Below are positions 51,617 to 61,545 of a stretch of 64,000 nucleotides of DNA, in pieces. Made by a program: the position numbers and the translations under genes. This DNA comes from Longimicrobiales bacterium (GTDB lineage Bacteria; Gemmatimonadota; Gemmatimonadetes; Longimicrobiales; Gaopeijiaceae): NCBI GenBank assembly GCA_965248195.1, contig CBDFIQ010000002.1, positions 2,656,001 through 2,720,000 on the forward strand, read 5' to 3'. Numbering within the stretch: the stretch's first letter is position 1; each line of letters starts with the position of its first letter. Below the pieces are notes generated by a model. It was not told the origin of the DNA. It worked only from the letters and a program-made list of their open reading frames with translations, and searched no databases.

Positions 51617-52459
51617 TTACCGGCGCCCCTCCACCTCCACGATGAAAGCCAGCGTGTGCTCGATCACCTCATCCGTGACTGACATGTGTCCGCGATCCTC
51701 GTAATGGACGAAGCGGTGTAGGACGTTGGCGGCGTCCAACGCGGCCGCCATGTCGAGCGCTTGATCGATAGGCACTGAACGATCGTCGTCGGAATGCACG
51801 ACCAGGATCGGCTTCGTGCCGGACCCGACGTGGTGGATCGGAGACGCTAGGCGCCGAGCTTCAGGAGTGTCCCCCTCGACCGGTGTCCAAAGATCGCCCC
51901 AGGAGAGAGTGTTCAAGTCATAGGGACCGGCGGCGCTGATCACCGCCCGTACATCACTCCGGGCGTCCTCCCAGCCCCCCACTCTTTCGTAGGGTCCCTC
52001 GCCCAGCGTGGCGGCCAGCGCTACGAGGTGGCCGCCCGACGAGTTCCCGATCAGGTAGATGCGGTCCGGGTCGATCCCGTACTCGTCGGCGTGGGCGTGC
52101 ACCCAACGGATGGCCGTCTGGAGGTCCTGATACGCGGCGGGGGCCGGTGATGCCCCCACCAGGCGATAATCGATAGTCATCGCGAAGAATCCCATCCCAG
52201 CCCATTGAGCAACTTTGAGACCCGCGTCGTTGACCCGCGTGCCGCCCCGCCAGCGGCCGCCGTGCACATACATGATGACCGGCAACTCCGCACCGCCGAC
52301 CGGATACGCGATATCCGCGAGGATGGCCGAGCCGAGAGTACGGCTGAAGATCACGTCCTCTTCAACGGTGACTGGCGTCTGCGCGGACGCTGCCGCGGGG
52401 ATGGTGAGGGCCAGCGAGGCGATGGCGGCGATTAGCCTGGACGCGATAGGCCTGGACAT
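51617..52459 (-). CDS. Secreted alpha/beta hydrolase (esterase/lipase)
   Basis: HGGRW, GNSSGG nucleophile elbow, HSDDDRSV, C-terminal GH. Confidence 0.9.
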   Translation of the reverse strand: MSRPIASRLIAAIASLALTIPAAASAQTPVTVEEDVIFSRTLGSAILADIAYPVGGAELPVIMYVHGGRWRGGTRVNDAGLKVAQWAGMGFFAMTIDYRLVGASPAPAAYQDLQTAIRWVHAHADEYGIDPDRIYLIGNSSGGHLVALAATLGEGPYERVGGWEDARSDVRAVISAAGPYDLNTLSWGDLWTPVEGDTPEARRLASPIHHVGSGTKPILVVHSDDDRSVPIDQALDMAAALDAANVLHRFVHYEDRGHMSVTDEVIEHTLAFIVEVEGRR

Positions 52460-52643
52460 GGACGTCTCCCTACCTGGGTGCCTGGAAGAATGAGGGGGAA
52501 AGATTACCCCAGGCTCGGGTGCGGGCAACTACGGAAACGAGCCGTTCATCACACCGAAGGGACCGCCTCCTGCTTCAATGGTGGTCGTCGCCCGCAGGGA
52601 TCAGGGTCGGCAGGCCCTCGCGCAGACGTTAAACGCCATGGCC

Positions 52644-52693
52644 TAACATCGGCCCACGAGCTACGTAACATCGACCCACGAGCTACGTAACAT
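52644..52693. repeat. 22-bp tandem repeat (2.3 copies)
   Basis: TAACATCG(G/A)CCCACGAGCTACG x2 + TAACAT. Confidence 0.85.
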
Positions 52694-52765
52694 GACGTAG
52701 ATGAGGACTCCTCCCGGAACCTTAACGTTCTTCCTCACGCAGCTCTTTCAAAAGGAGGAGAAATC

Positions 52766-53191
52766 ATGTTCAGGAAAAACCCGATCCCCGTCGCCCTGCT
52801 GTGCATCGCCCTGCTTGGGGCATGTACAGATCAGGCCGACTCCGTATTCGAGCCGAGCTCCGAAGTCGCATTCGGTCGCGACGGGGAGGGCTCGTGCGGC
52901 GCCATCTCGGCGCTCACGAGGAATGTCTACGTCGGCGCCGACCTCAGTCCGATCTTCGAGGTCGACTTCAACAATCCTCTCGCCGTCGTTCAAGCCGCCG
53001 CCGGCGTTTGGGCTGAGGTTCAGAGCACCCGCTTCGAGGAGAGGGCCGTAGTCCTGGTCGACGAGATCGAGGAGCGACGGCCCCACCTGATCGGTCTCCA
53101 GGAAGTGGCGAGGTTCATCACGATCGATCCCGCGACTGGGGCCCCTACGGCACAGTACAGATGGCGTGAATCACGGCAAGGAATCGTCTAA
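52766..53191 (+). pseudogene. Truncated lipoprotein of the endonuclease/exonuclease/phosphatase family
   Basis: AAGGAGG RBS, LLGAC lipobox, TRNVYVGADL and PHLIGLQEV motifs; coding character lost after about 53150. Confidence 0.7.
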
Positions 53192-53622
53192 GTTCAACTA
53201 GGACTGCACGATCTGCCGCACTTGCCGTTCGACGATATCTGACTCCACCGTACTGAAATAGCCGTGCTGCCGGCATCGAATGGCGGGAATTCGGGTCGCA
53301 TCACGTTCCATCCGAGGGGCGCTGCGCAGCACCACGAGGAAAGTGCTTCCAGCTCAAGGGTGATGGCAGCGGGGATAAGGCGTCAACACTGCAATTCATG
53401 GCTGACCTCGGAAGTGGTGTCATGGGGGAGTGACGGAAGTAAGAAGGTGCGGCAGAAGTGACCGAGGTCCACGGCCACGGCCAACGTCGACCATACGCCT
53501 GCACGAGGAGGCCGAGACCCTCAGGCTCGCCATCGATACGGCCAAGCTGCCGGCCGGTGTCTCGCCGCACCCCAATCAGCATCGCCTAGGGCGGCGGTCC
53601 AAGTCCCCGTTGACGTGCCTTT

Positions 53623-54172
53623 CTAGAACGAGTCCATCAGCGAAAAGTGGTGATCACCTGTGGCAACGAACTGATCGAACTCGCACCCACGCTGGCATGC
53701 CAAGCCGACACGCTGATCCATGATGCCCGGATAGTACCGAAAGCGTTGGACGCCGAGGTCACTCTGCCCGGCGATCCCCGTCACCATTGAGATCATGTGG
53801 AACACCTCGAGGGACGCCAAGTTGGCGCTGAAGGGGAAGACATTCTCGCGCCGATGTAGAGGACTCCCGGCATCAAGCCCAGCCATGTAGCTGGGATCGT
53901 CAAGCAGGCCCGCCTGATCGAGCGAGACCGTGTTCTCGTCGTAGGCTCCGAGGCAGCGCAGGCACGCTCGGCCAGGCGCCACAGTCTGAACTTGCCAGTC
54001 CGCACCGCGGAACTGGCACTAGATGGCTGTAGGCCAGGAAGTTGAGCACGTGCCGTGGGTGGGGCCGATCGACACAGCTGAACAGGATGTCACAGTCCAG
54101 CGCTGCCCGGTAGCTATCCGGATGGGAGATTCTTTCCGGTACGACACGCAGGTCGAGCGCCGCCGCCGTTGC
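53623..54172 (-). pseudogene. ThiF/E1-like adenylyltransferase C-terminal remnant
   Basis: [24 protein letters not shown] in one frame; [32 protein letters not shown] in another. Confidence 0.75.
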
Positions 54173-54177
54173 AACAT

Positions 54178-54279
54178 GAGGCGACGTGCCTTTCCCCCGG
54201 GTGCTCACCCGGGATTCGCTGGTTATTGCTCAGCGGACAGGTACGTCGCCTCTCTTTTTACACACCCTTTGATCCTACC
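54178..54279 (-). mobile_element. Orphan terminus of a second IS256-family element
   Basis: Minus strand GGTAGGATCAAAGGGTGTGTAAAAAG resembles the IS256 end GGTAGTGTCCCTAGATTTGTGTAAAAG; internal IR GAGGCGACGT/ACGTCGCCTC. Confidence 0.55.
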
Positions 54280-54456
54280 TCCGGCCGCAAGCCACAGGAT
54301 GGACGCCAACTGTAATCCTGCACCCATCAGTCGCAGTCCGGCTACCCTACTCCTCTGCTTCTCCTCGAAGACGACATACCACCTGGCTCCGAGAAGGAGG
54401 AAACCCGTGTCACGCCGTTCGTCGCAGGCCACCTGCGCCACGGTGCGCCAACGATA

Positions 54457-55832
54457 GGTAGTGTCCCTAGATTTGTGTAAAAGCGGATAAGCTGGACAGG
54501 AGGGAAAGAAAAACGGAAGCTCCTCTGTTGTTGTTCACTGTCACATGAACCCGGGAGTCCGGGTCTGCAGAGCAGGCTCGGAACCGGAGAGGAGCTTCCG
54601 ATGCAAGAGATTGTGGAGATCGGTCGGGCCACGCAAGACGAGCTACGCGATGATTTGCGCGAGCTGTTTCAAGGCGCGATCCGGCTGACGCTCGAGATGG
54701 TGCTGGAAGAGGAGCTGAAGGCCATGGTAGGTGCACGCCGCTTCGAGCGGGTGGGAAGCCGGAAGGACCATAGGAACGGCACATACCTGAGGCGGCTGCT
54801 GACGAGCCTGGGGCAGATCGAGGTCGCCATGCCCCGGAGCCGGGACAACGGTTCGCCGGCCGACGTGATCGGCCGCTACCAGCGCAGGAGCCCCGAGCTC
54901 GACGAGATGATGGTCGAGGCGTATGTGAGCGGCGTGTCACAGCGCAAGATGGGCGACGTCACCGAGGCGCTGATGGGCGAGCGTGTTGGGCGCTCGACGG
55001 TGAGTCGTGTGGCAAAACGGCTCGACGAGGCCGTGGAAGGGCTGCGCCGTGCGCCGATCGAGGGGCCTCACCCCTATCTGTACCTGGACGCCACGTTCTT
55101 GGACGCCCGCTGGGCCCGCAAAGTCGAGAACGTGAGTGCGCTCGTGGCGTATGCAGTGGGCCCTGAGGGTCACCGACGGCTCCTGGCCGTCACGCTGGGC
55201 GCTGAGGAGTCGCAGCAGAGCTGGTCGGAGCTCCTCGAGCAACTCCAGGACCGCGGCCTCGGCGGTGTCGAGCTCGTGATCGCCGATGAGCACGCAGGCC
55301 TGGCAGCTGCGGTCCGCCGCTTCCTGCCCGAGGCACGCCGTCAGAGGTGTACGGTCCATCTGCAGCGTAATGTGGGGGCGAGGGTCCCCCACCGCCTACG
55401 CAAGCGCGTGGCGCGTGAGGTCTCGGTGATCTTCCAGACATCCGGACTCGCCGAGGCGAAGAAGCTCCTGGGCGAGTTCGGCGCACGCTGGAAGAAGGAG
55501 CTGCCCGAGGCCGTGGAGGTCCTGGAGCGGGGCTTCGGGGCAGCGACGCAGTTCTACGCGTTCCCCGAGGCGCACTGGCCCCGGCTGCGTACCACCAACA
55601 GCCTCGAGCGGCTGCACGGCGAGATCAAACGCAGGATCAAGGCCGCCGGCGCCTTCCCGGACCGGGCCAGCGCCCTCAGGCTCATCACGGCCGTCGCACT
55701 CAGGACCACACACGTCTGGGGCGACCGGCGTTACCTCGACCTCTCACTCCTCCAGAAACAGGAGGTCGCCCAAGCAGCCTAGCCGAAGGCGAGGAGCTTC
55801 CTCCGCTTTTACACACAAATCGGGACTTGACC
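54457..55832 (+). mobile_element. IS256-family element, copy 1 (1376 bp)
   Basis: Imperfect TIRs; 8-bp TSD CAACGATA at 54449-54456 and 55833-55840. Confidence 0.95.
54601..55782 (+). CDS. IS256-family (Mutator-like) DDE transposase
   Basis: RNG, YLYLDAT, IADEHAGL, QRCTVH, RTTNSLERLHGEIKRR. Confidence 0.95.
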   Translation: MQEIVEIGRATQDELRDDLRELFQGAIRLTLEMVLEEELKAMVGARRFERVGSRKDHRNGTYLRRLLTSLGQIEVAMPRSRDNGSPADVIGRYQRRSPELDEMMVEAYVSGVSQRKMGDVTEALMGERVGRSTVSRVAKRLDEAVEGLRRAPIEGPHPYLYLDATFLDARWARKVENVSALVAYAVGPEGHRRLLAVTLGAEESQQSWSELLEQLQDRGLGGVELVIADEHAGLAAAVRRFLPEARRQRCTVHLQRNVGARVPHRLRKRVAREVSVIFQTSGLAEAKKLLGEFGARWKKELPEAVEVLERGFGAATQFYAFPEAHWPRLRTTNSLERLHGEIKRRIKAAGAFPDRASALRLITAVALRTTHVWGDRRYLDLSLLQKQEVAQAA

Positions 55833-56301
55833 CAACGATACCCCCTCTCGACGGCTTTACTGGCACGCCGGAGAAGGCGAAAGAGCGCGACGAACGTCTC
55901 CAGAACCAGACCCATGCCCACGCCGGTGGTGATGAGGATGATCCACCAGGCCCTGCCTAGCGGTCCCAGACTCCAGAAGTCTTGCCTCAATGAGATGGAG
56001 AGAAGAAGGGGAAAGACCAGGATCAACACGGCAAGCGTGCCGCTGCGGACTATGTTCCAGACGTCGCCCTGTAGTCGTTCCAGCCCCGGAGGAGGCCAGC
56101 GGAGGCTGGATCCCGTGGACGGTGCCTGCCCATCAACGTTGTCACCGGATTGATCCATGGCCTCTCTTTTTGCTAGGTGTGAGCCACCAGCAAATACCGT
56201 GTCAACGGCCATCGAAAGCTGCACAGGTCTTGGAGTGAACCCTACAAAGTGGACACAGAGGGGGCGATGGATTGACCTTCCGTAATCACTCGGGAGGTTC
56301 G

Positions 56302-56664
56302 ATGACGGTTCGACGACACACGAGGTACAGCACGGAGTTCAAGATCCAGCTGGTCCAGGCGTACTTGGATGGAGAAGGCAGTGCGAGGGCGATCGCTACT
56401 CGACACAGTGTACCTCACTCCCTACTCATGATCTGGGTCAAGAAGTACGGGGAAGGCGAACTTACGGAGGAGATCCACCTGCAGGAGCAAGTTGTCGAGG
56501 ACCAGGCCAAGATCGCGGCACTCGAGCGCAAGATTGGTCAGTTGACGATGGAACTCGACGCCATGAAAAAAAGGGCTCTGATACAGCCGTCACAGAAAAG
56601 CGCGCGGCCGTCGATCATCTCCGGGCCAGGGGTGTCCCTGTCCGACGGGGATGCAGCCTCATGA
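56302..56664 (+). CDS. IS3 OrfA (HTH)
   Basis: YSTEFKIQLV, LERKIGQLTME; GGAGG RBS; A7 run at 56566-56572. Confidence 0.9.
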   Translation: MTVRRHTRYSTEFKIQLVQAYLDGEGSARAIATRHSVPHSLLMIWVKKYGEGELTEEIHLQEQVVEDQAKIAALERKIGQLTMELDAMKKRALIQPSQKSARPSIISGPGVSLSDGDAAS

Positions 56665-57455
56665 ACATCCCGAGGAGTACCTTCTACAAGCGACCGGATG
56701 CGGCCTGCGAGACCGCTCGGGAGAGAGCGGACGGGGACCTGCGCGTGCGGATCGAAGACATTCTCGCCGAGTTCCCCGCCTACGGATATCGCCGGGTCAC
56801 GCACGAACTCGGGAGACGCGGCCTGGTGGTCAATCACAAGCGAGTCTCCAGGATTATGCGTGAACACGCGCTTACGCCCCACCGCGTACGCGCATGGCTT
56901 GCTACGACGAACAGCAATCACAAGCAGCGCATCTACCCGAACCTGAGGTCGTCGATCACGCCCGAGGGGCCTGACGAGCTCTGGGTGGCCGATCTGACGT
57001 ACATCCGGCTCACGACCGGCTTTGTTTTCCTAGCCGTCGTGCTCGACGTGTGGTCGCGGCGTGTCATTGGCTACGCCATCAGCCATCTCCTGGACGTGCG
57101 TCTTTGCCTGGCCGCACTCGATGCCGCACTCGAACTTCGGCAGCCGCGGTCTGGCCTCATCCACCACTCCGATCGCGGCGTCCAGTATGCATCCCAATTG
57201 TACCGTTCACGTCTCGCCGAACACGGTGTCCGAGGATCGATGTCCCGGCGGGGCAACCCGTACGACAACGCCCATGTTGAGAGCTTTTTCAAAACCCTGA
57301 AGCACGAGGAGATCTTGGCAAACGACTACAGCACAATTGATGACGTAGCCAACCGACTCCCCCACTTCCTTGAGGAGGTGTACAATCGAAGACGCTTGCA
57401 CTCCTCGCTCGGTTACATGCCACCTGAGGAATTCGAGAGCATTCATGCAGCTTGA
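56661..57455 (+). CDS. IS3 OrfB (rve integrase core), -1 frame relative to OrfA
   Basis: YGYRR, WVADLTY, HHSDRGVQY, DNAHVESFF, RLHSSLGY. Confidence 0.93.
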   Translation: MNIPRSTFYKRPDAACETARERADGDLRVRIEDILAEFPAYGYRRVTHELGRRGLVVNHKRVSRIMREHALTPHRVRAWLATTNSNHKQRIYPNLRSSITPEGPDELWVADLTYIRLTTGFVFLAVVLDVWSRRVIGYAISHLLDVRLCLAALDAALELRQPRSGLIHHSDRGVQYASQLYRSRLAEHGVRGSMSRRGNPYDNAHVESFFKTLKHEEILANDYSTIDDVANRLPHFLEEVYNRRRLHSSLGYMPPEEFESIHAA

Positions 57456-57513
57456 AGCCACTGACTGGTCAATCCAACCAACTCTCGTTGTCCACCCTCA
57501 GGGGTTCACTCCA

Positions 57514-58276
57514 CTCGACGAGGTCCTCACCGGCGTCGATGGCGGCGGCGTCACTGCCTCAGAGGCCATTGAACAGCTTCTGGGCGCCCAAATCATGCTC
57601 CGCAACAACCGACGACTTCAGGCCGCGATGCGCTCGTCCCGGTTGCCGACTATCAAGACGCTCGAAGACTTCGACTTCAGCTTCCAGCCCTCGATCCAGC
57701 GAGATCAGATCGACTCGCTCCACGAGCTCGGCTTCCTGGAGCGCAAGGAAAACGTGATCTTCCTCGGCCCACCGGGCGTCGGCAAGACACATCTCGCGAT
57801 CAGTCTCGCGATCGAGGCAGCCCAGAGCGGCCGTAGGGTCTACTACGGGACGCTCGCTGACCTCATCACTTCGCTCGAAGAAGCGAAGTCCGCTGGTAGG
57901 TTCGGCCACCGCCTCAAGACGCTGACCTATCCGTCTCTGCTCGTCGTCGACGACGATCGGTTATCTACCGGTCGGCCCGACCGGCGCCATGCTCTTCTTC
58001 CAGCTCATCAATCGACGCTACGAGCACGCCTCTACCGTGCTCACTTCCAACAAAGGGTTCGAGGAATGGGGCGAAATCCTGGGCGACGAAGTCATGGCCG
58101 CTGCACTCATCGACCGCCTCGTCCATCACTGCCACATCGTCAACATCCGAGGCAACAGCTTCCGGATGCGTCATCACACCGAACTCTCCAAAGCCCTCCA
58201 CTCGCCTCCTTCGGAGTCGAGCTCTTCACACCCACGGTCTAGGAGAAGAAAACAAAAGGAGAAAACGACGACTTAG
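57514..58276 (+). pseudogene. istB: IS21 helper ATPase IstB, 5'-truncated and frameshifted near 57955
   Basis: LEDFDFSFQP, GPPGVGKTHLA; Walker B VVDEIGYL disrupted by one extra base; TSNKGFEEWG, DRLVHH, GNSFR. Confidence 0.88.
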
Positions 58277-58298
58277 AGGCCCGTCACCTCCCGCCGAA

Positions 58299-58344
58299 AT
58301 GTGTGACATTTTCAACCGGCACATGTGTGACATTTTCAACCGGC
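58299..58344. repeat. IS21 subterminal 22-bp direct repeats
   Basis: ATGTGTGACATTTTCAACCGGC at 58299-58320 and 58323-58344. Confidence 0.88.
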
Positions 58345-58630
58345 GTTGACACCATGGCTCCTTCTGATGGTTAGTGTTCCAGCAAACCACTTTCACCATT
58401 CGAATGCTCCGTTGAGATTACATGGGCACCCTAACGACGACGCTGCCTGTCTAGTGGGGCGGTCTATTGGGTTAGCTCCCGGGGTGGCCGGGGTTGACCG
58501 GTCGTTTCGGAGGCAGACGGGAGCGAGGCCATGAGCGACGCCCCGCTGGCGGAATGGCTCGCCCGCTACCGGCCGCCTAATTGGAGTTTGAATGCGGTAC
58601 CCAAGCGACCTGCTCCGACCGCGCAATGCG

Positions 58631-58819
58631 TCATCGGGTAGCTTGCGATACCTTCGCCTCCTCGAAATAGCGGACTGCGCTTTCGAACTTGTCGCGGCAA
58701 CCGGGATTGCAGAACCCGACGAGATGGCCGTCGTACTCGGTGAGCGAACCGGCCTGCACCGGCTTGCCGGACCAGGGGCAGGTTTGGTTGATGCAATCAG
58801 CAATGTCGAGCGCACGCAT
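58631..58819 (-). CDS. Small YHS/TRASH-domain metal-binding protein (62 aa)
   Basis: INQTCPWSGKPV..VGFCNPGCRDKF; GAAGG upstream. Confidence 0.8.
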   Translation of the reverse strand: MRALDIADCINQTCPWSGKPVQAGSLTEYDGHLVGFCNPGCRDKFESAVRYFEEAKVSQATR

Positions 58820-59224
58820 CGTGCCTTCCTTCGTTTCGCGGCTGTAGAGTTCAAGAACCCAATGGCGGAGCTCGACCCGGTTCCAGTACGTGAATAGACC
58901 ACCTGGGATATCCCGTCGCTGACCATGATTGACATCGCGCGAAGGAGGCTCCTGATTGTAACGGGTAGGGAGAACCATCGAGCAGATGCGGGTGGCCGCG
59001 TTCCAGGACCCGGACAGGCTGCGGGAATGGCTCCTCTTCAAGCTCCCTTGTTCTACACGGGCGCCGATAGCTAGGGACTCAGGGAGGCGGAGCGGCGATG
59101 ATCGCCCAACTCCAGGGACGCGAGAAAGGCGCTCGAGCCCTTCGCGTGGAAGGGCGCCGGGCCGAATGGATCGTCTTCGCCTGTCTACACAGCGGCGTCT
59201 TCATACGCGACCAGAGGTCCCGGT

Positions 59225-60600
59225 GGTCAAGTCCCGATTTGTGTGTAAAAGCGGAGGAAGCTCCTCGCCTTCGGCTAGGCTGCTTGGGCGACCTCCTGTT
59301 TCTGGAGGAGTGAGAGGTCGAGGTAACGCCGGTCGCCCCAGACGTGTGTGGTCCTGAGTGCGACGGCCGTGATGAGCCTGAGGGCGCTGGCCCGGTCCGG
59401 GAAGGCGCCGGCGGCCTTGATCCTGCGTTTGATCTCGCCGTGCAGCCGCTCGAGGCTGTTGGTGGTACGCAGCCGGGGCCAGTGCGCCTCGGGGAACGCG
59501 TAGAACTGCGTCGCTGCCCCGAAGCCCCGCTCCAGGACCTCCACGGCCTCGGGCAGCTCCTTCTTCCAGCGTGCGCCGAACTCGCCCAGGAGCTTCTTCG
59601 CCTCGGCGAGTCCGGATGTCTGGAAGATCACCGAGACCTCACGCGCCACGCGCTTGCGTAGGCGGTGGGGGACCCTCGCCCCCACATTACGCTGCAGATG
59701 GACCGTACACCTCTGACGGCGTGCCTCGGGCAGGAAGCGGCGGACCGCAGCTGCCAGGCCTGCGTGCTCATCGGCGATCACGAGCTCGACACCGCCGAGG
59801 CCGCGGTCCTGGAGTTGCTCGAGGAGCTCCGACCAGCTCTGCTGCGACTCCTCAGCGCCCAGCGTGACGGCCAGGAGCCGTCGGTGACCCTCAGGGCCCA
59901 CTGCATACGCCACGAGCGCACTCACGTTCTCGACTTTGCGGGCCCAGCGGGCGTCCAAGAACGTGGCGTCCAGGTACAGATAGGGGTGAGGCCCCTCGAT
60001 CGGCGCACGGCGCAGCCCTTCCACGGCCTCGTCGAGCCGTTTTGCCACACGACTCACCGTCGAGCGCCCAACACGCTCGCCCATCAGCGCCTCGGTGACG
60101 TCGCCCATCTTGCGCTGTGACACGCCGCTCACATACGCCTCGACCATCATCTCGTCGAGCTCGGGGCTCCTGCGCTGGTAGCGGCCGATCACGTCGGCCG
60201 GCGAACCGTTGTCCCGGCTCCGGGGCATGGCGACCTCGATCTGCCCCAGGCTCGTCAGCAGCCGCCTCAGGTATGTGCCGTTCCTATAGTCCTTCCGGCT
60301 TCCCACCCGCTCGAAGCGGCGTGCACCTACCATGGCCTTCAGCTCCTCTTCCAGCACCATCTCGAGCGTCAGCCGGATCGCGCCTTGAAACAGCTCGCGC
60401 AAATCATCGCGTAGCTCGTCTTGCGTGGCCCGACCGATCTCCACAATCTCTTGCATCGGAAGCTCCTCTCCGGTTCCGAGCCTGCTCTGCAGACCCGGAC
60501 TCCCGGGTTCATGTGACAGTGAACAACAACAGAGGAGCTTCCGTTTTTCTTTCCCTCCTGTCCAGCTTATCCGCTTTTACACAAATCTAGGGACACTACC
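59225..60600 (-). mobile_element. IS256-family element, copy 2 (1376 bp)
   Basis: Same ends as copy 1; 9-bp TSD GGTCCCGGT at 59216-59224 and 60601-60609. Confidence 0.95.
59275..60456 (-). CDS. IS256-family transposase
   Basis: Protein identical to copy 1 except KDYRNG vs KDHRNG. Confidence 0.95.
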   Translation of the reverse strand: MQEIVEIGRATQDELRDDLRELFQGAIRLTLEMVLEEELKAMVGARRFERVGSRKDYRNGTYLRRLLTSLGQIEVAMPRSRDNGSPADVIGRYQRRSPELDEMMVEAYVSGVSQRKMGDVTEALMGERVGRSTVSRVAKRLDEAVEGLRRAPIEGPHPYLYLDATFLDARWARKVENVSALVAYAVGPEGHRRLLAVTLGAEESQQSWSELLEQLQDRGLGGVELVIADEHAGLAAAVRRFLPEARRQRCTVHLQRNVGARVPHRLRKRVAREVSVIFQTSGLAEAKKLLGEFGARWKKELPEAVEVLERGFGAATQFYAFPEAHWPRLRTTNSLERLHGEIKRRIKAAGAFPDRASALRLITAVALRTTHVWGDRRYLDLSLLQKQEVAQAA

Positions 60601-60759
60601 GGTCCCGGTTCCCAGATGCGCATCCTGAACAGGTACGCTGCGGCGTCCACGCCCTGATCGCACGGGGCATGGCGACCGACGAGATGGCCCGAATTGAGGA
60701 GGCCATCCTTCGGGGCGATGGGTGGGTGCTCGGAGAGTATGGTGGTCTGCAGGCCGCCA

Positions 60760-60855
60760 TGAAGCGCAGCGTCGCGCTGAAGAAGCAGGCGCGCCAGCGG
60801 AGCGTATCATCGCCAAGCCGGAGCTTGGCGAGACGCGGGCGTAGCCGATCAGCAT
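60760..60855 (-). pseudogene. Serine resolvase N-terminal remnant
   Basis: MLIGYARVS followed out of frame by LQRDA. Confidence 0.6.
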
Positions 60856-61090
60856 GTGTTGTAAACGGTCGTTTGCGACACGCTGGCAATGGCGCCGTCC
60901 AGCGAGCGCCGCCGTGTGTCGTATCCCGTGTCTGATTCTATGTCATGCAGACGTCAAGCGCGTGTGACAGTGCCGTTCGCTTCTACGTCCGCCGCCGCAG
61001 ATCCTTACTGGGATAGTAACAGCCCCACAAAAACAGCACCAAAATCGGCCCACGGCGCACATTCGTTATGATTGCTGTACGTTGCGAAGA

Positions 61091-61545
61091 AAGGAATCCC
61101 CGATGAAGGAATCCCCGATGAAGGAATCCCCGATGAAGGAATCCCCGATGAAGGAATCCCCGATGAAGGAATCCCCGATGAAGGAATCCCCGATGAAGGA
61201 ATCCCCGATGAAGGAATCCCCGATGAAGGAATCCCCGATGAAGGAATCCCCGATGAAGGAATCCCCGATGAAGGAATCCCCGATGAAGGAATCCCCGATG
61301 AAGGAATCCCCGATGAAGGAATCCCCGATGAAGGAATCCCCGATGAAGGAATCCCCGATGAAGGAATCCCCGATGAAGGAATCCCCGATGAAGGAATCCC
61401 CGATGAAGGAATCCCCGATGAAGGAATCCCCGATGAAGGAATCCCCGATGAAGGAATCCCCGATGAAGGAATCCCCGATGAAGGAATCCCCGATGAAGGA
61501 ATCCCCGATGAAGGAATCCCCGATGAAGGAATCCCCGATGAAGGA
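61091..61545 (+). repeat. Perfect 15-bp tandem array, 30 copies + AAGGA
   Basis: AAGGAATCCCCGATG x30 (61091-61540); no spacers; no stop codon in any frame. Confidence 0.98.

Larger units (their letters stand above)
54280..56158 (-). pseudogene. Membrane-protein gene split by IS256 copy 1 and truncated at the orphan IS end
   Basis: Removing the IS and one TSD joins KAVERGYR to WRTVAQVACDERRDTGFLL in frame. Confidence 0.75.
56231..57513 (+). mobile_element. IS3-family element (1283 bp)
   Basis: TG...CA TIRs TGGAGTGAACCC..GTGGACA / TGTCCAC..GGGTTCACTCCA; no TSD. Confidence 0.92.
56200..58351 (+). mobile_element. IS21-family remnant (istA deleted, IS3 nested inside)
   Basis: TGTCAACG at 56200 and CGTTGACA ending 58351; istB and subterminal repeats present; no TSD. 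Confidence 0.7.
59098..60690 (+). pseudogene. Degenerate hypothetical gene split by IS256 copy 2
   Basis: MIAQLQGREK..EWIVFACLHSGVFIRDQRSR continues after the IS as FPDAHPEQVRCGVHALIARG. Confidence 0.6.

Noticed and set aside
53192..53620. Possible gene fragments between the EEP and E1 remnants
   Set aside because: Short readings in several frames, none assignable to a family.
54457..60600. Composite transposon bounded by IS256 copies 1 and 2
   Set aside because: Each copy has its own TSD and the outer flanks do not match.
61091..61540. CRISPR array
   Set aside because: Units are contiguous with no unique spacers, only 15 bp long, and no cas genes are present.
61091..61540. Product of a reverse-transcriptase or rolling-circle system
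   Set aside because: No reverse transcriptase or template RNA is seen in the window; microhomology slippage explains the array more simply.
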